Positions 61,801 to 64,000 of a stretch of DNA of 64,000 nucleotides are shown here, in pieces (the stretch's first letter is position 1; each line of letters starts with the position of its first letter). Made by a program: the position numbers and the translations under genes. Source of the DNA: Octopus sinensis (Eukaryota); NCBI RefSeq assembly GCF_006345805.1, contig NC_042999.1:155620001-155684000 (forward strand), in the 5' to 3' direction. The notes beneath the pieces were generated by a model, which worked only from the letters and a program-made list of their open reading frames with translations, had not been told where the DNA came from and did not search any database.

Positions 61801-63012
61801 ATCTTCTATGACAGATTGTGCCGTACACAAACAACTTTCAAGTTCAGCTGCTGACGAAATAGCTGAGGCTAGTACGTGGCTGTAGTCTTTCTTTTGGGTG
61901 TCCATAATTTGCTGCAAGATAGAATTAACCATGCTTACAAGACTCTGACCACTTGTTAAACTTGTTGATATTTCGGACAATTTCTGTTTGTAAATGCTGT
62001 CCTTCTCTTTCAAGGCTTCCAACACAAGTTTGTCGACATTCATGCGATGGTTTTGGAGCTGGTTATTCAAATGTTGCATCATGCCTTCCAGATTTTGGTT
62101 GCGATCATGCAACTGGGACTTTTGCGAACATTCTTTCTCAAGCTTGACCAATAGCATTTTGCCCTCGCGCTGTTGGTCGTCCACTTGTTTTTTAAGAACA
62201 ACTTTCTCCTTCTCATCTGTGTCCATCTTCTTTTGTAAATCCATCAATGTTTTCTCGATAGATTGTAACTGCTGCTTTAAATACATGTTATCCTTAAGGG
62301 CTGTATCCAAATGGGGTTTCAGAGCTGACCCTTTTGTTATTTCATTCTGCATCTCATCAGTTAGTTCTTCAATTTTATTGTGACTTTCTATTAGTTTTTC
62401 TTCCAGTTGGTTGATTATATCATTTTTCTCAGTAAGTATAGCAGATATATCACTGGATAACGACTGACTCATTGACATCTCTCTCATGTCCCTCTTTTCC
62501 TGTTGATATTCGTGTTTCATTTCTTTCAAATGATCTTCCAGTTTACGGCAATGAAGATCCTTCTCTTTCACAGTTTTACGCAAACACTCCAGCTCCCTGT
62601 TGCTGTTGTCAAGCTTCTCCTTAGCTTGCCGATATTCATTCTCAACAGCTTTTAATTTAATCACTTCTCTTTCGCTATCTCTGAGTTTTTGCATATTCAA
62701 CTTCACCTCCGTCTCCAGTCGTTTACATTCTTTCTCTTTGACTTGCAACGCTTCCCGACCCTTTTCAAGCTTCTGAGAAGTTTCTCGAAGTTGAGCCTCA
62801 ACATTTTTCATTCTTTTCGTCCATTCTGAAGAAATCTTAGTGCAATGTTCTTTCTCTTGTTTTAGTTCTTTTAGAGCCTCTGACAGCGCCTTTTCTGTGC
62901 CAGTAAGTTTCGATACTGACATATCTAATTTCGACTTGAGAGATTCAATTTCAGCCTTGTGCTGTTGTATGTCATCTCTTGCTTCTTTCAGTTGCCGCCT
63001 CAAGGTCTGAAC
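58816..63012 (-). CDS. MPRIP: MPRIP/TRIOBP/outspread-family coiled-coil protein, giant internal exon (4,197 nt, 1,399 codons)
   Basis: Lies inside ORF 58801-63129. Acceptor TTTTCTTCAG|GTT (V40 of the ORF), donor AAT|GTAAGT. Uninterrupted E/K/L/Q-rich heptad protein. Family assignment comes from the downstream exons. Confidence 0.88.
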
Positions 63013-63170
63013 CTGAAGAAAAGACGTTCCCTTATCAGTAAATATTAATGTCAACATTGAAATAGAGTTCTTAAAATAACATTTCAAATATTTTAATACA
63101 TAATCATGCATTTTAACAAATTTTAGCAATTTTTAACAATCTAAATATCTTGAATAATTCTAATAAACTC

Positions 63171-63382
63171 TAATTTTAAGCATTTTGTTACCATACTTTT
63201 GTTGATATATTCTTCGTTTATTTCAATTAATCTTGAAAATAAAGGATTTAGTAAAATAACTGTCATCATTAAAATGGTCTGAGAACAATTTAACACGAAA
63301 GGTTTTGAAATTACTTTAAAACAGGAAGTTTATATCATAGAACTAGGATAATCTTGGAGTAGGTTGGCATCATAAGAGTTAA
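63171..63382. mobile_element. piggyBac MITE family 1, diverged copy
   Basis: Interior similar to 8647-8869, right end AAGAG-TTAA. Confidence 0.6.
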
Positions 63383-64000
63383 GAACATTTTTAAAAAATT
63401 AATAAAACCAATCAAGATGTAATTAGTATTTAAATTAATGAAATTATTATAAATGAGATGAGACAAAACTGCGTTAGGCTGCTAAGCAGATAGTTAATGA
63501 AGTGAGTAAATATCCAAAATGTTAGAAGCAGTAAATAAGAAAGGGTAGTTGAGATTTAGGCAATGAATTTAGCAAGGTTAGTAAAGTTTTAGACAAAATT
63601 ACTTCAAAGAATCCTGAAGCAAACAGCTAAACATTTGAAAATGATCTATCAGTTAGGCTATATGTTGAAAGACTATACGGTTGAAAGACCTGATGCTGTA
63701 GTTTTTGATTGTGAGAAAAACACTTCATACACATGTAAAAATCTCATAACTTTCAAATGGTTCCTGGATGAATATCTCCGAATTCCAAATGAACTACCTA
63801 TATCTGGATATATTTCTGCAAAAAATAACCCTTTAATTGAATGAATTATGGTGCCCAAAAAACGACTGAAATATGAAAGATCATTAAATGTCTTTTCCAG
63901 GTGGGGTTATTGAGTACTAACAGCACTACCTGGGCCAATTCCAGGTAAAACTTATCTAAGTATATCAAAGTGAAAGAAATATTGTCACAACAGTGACTCA

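Noticed and set aside
59041-62383. Plus-strand ORFs antisense to the giant exon
   Set aside because: These are shadow ORFs expected opposite a long coding sequence.
63013-63129. N-terminal 39 aa of the 1442-aa ORF (MLKFVKMHDY...) as a true protein start
   Set aside because: It is AT-rich intron-like sequence ending in a strong acceptor TTTTCTTCAG at 63013. The ORF is an internal exon, not a single-exon gene.
63635-63858. Overlapping ORFs or a possible MPRIP exon (acceptor TTTTTTGCAG at ~63817)
   Set aside because: The good donor gives a phase incompatible with the giant exon or an in-frame stop. The phase-compatible donor (AAA|GTTATG) is weak, and I recognise no homology.

Overview
AT-rich animal genomic DNA, saturated with microsatellites and SINE/LINE/MITE repeats. 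The repeat landscape looks like an octopod cephalopod (inference, not database-checked). I reconstruct two convergent spliced genes by hand from GT/AG sites and phase continuity; most short ORFs in the supplied track are repeat or microsatellite noise. (1) Plus strand, 8521-13735: a three-coding-exon, 97-aa basic protein containing KPVTTNLKK, the RBIS/C8orf59 ribosome-biogenesis factor. (2) Minus strand, from beyond the right edge down to 41228: the C-terminal portion of an MPRIP/TRIOBP/outspread-family coiled-coil protein with 11 exons in the window. One is a 4,197-nt phase 0-0 giant exon. Its N-terminal PH domains lie outside the window. The ~27 kb between the two 3' ends and the introns are mostly transposon debris: at least four tRNA-derived SINE families, about 25 short RTE-LINE 3' ends, and piggyBac-, Tc1/pogo- and Mutator-type MITEs. 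They also hold a HERO RLE remnant, a tRNA-Ala pseudogene, and a decayed R4/Dong element containing both a Buster-type hAT transposon and a Gypsy gag fragment. I see no convincing new biological system. The most interesting leads are a five-fold degenerate motif in the giant exon, a duplicated frame-shifting splice donor, candidate alternative terminal exons, a 108-bp intronic palindrome whose sense-strand mismatches are both A.C, and a three-armed foldback element. TE boundaries are approximate unless TIRs or TSDs are cited.
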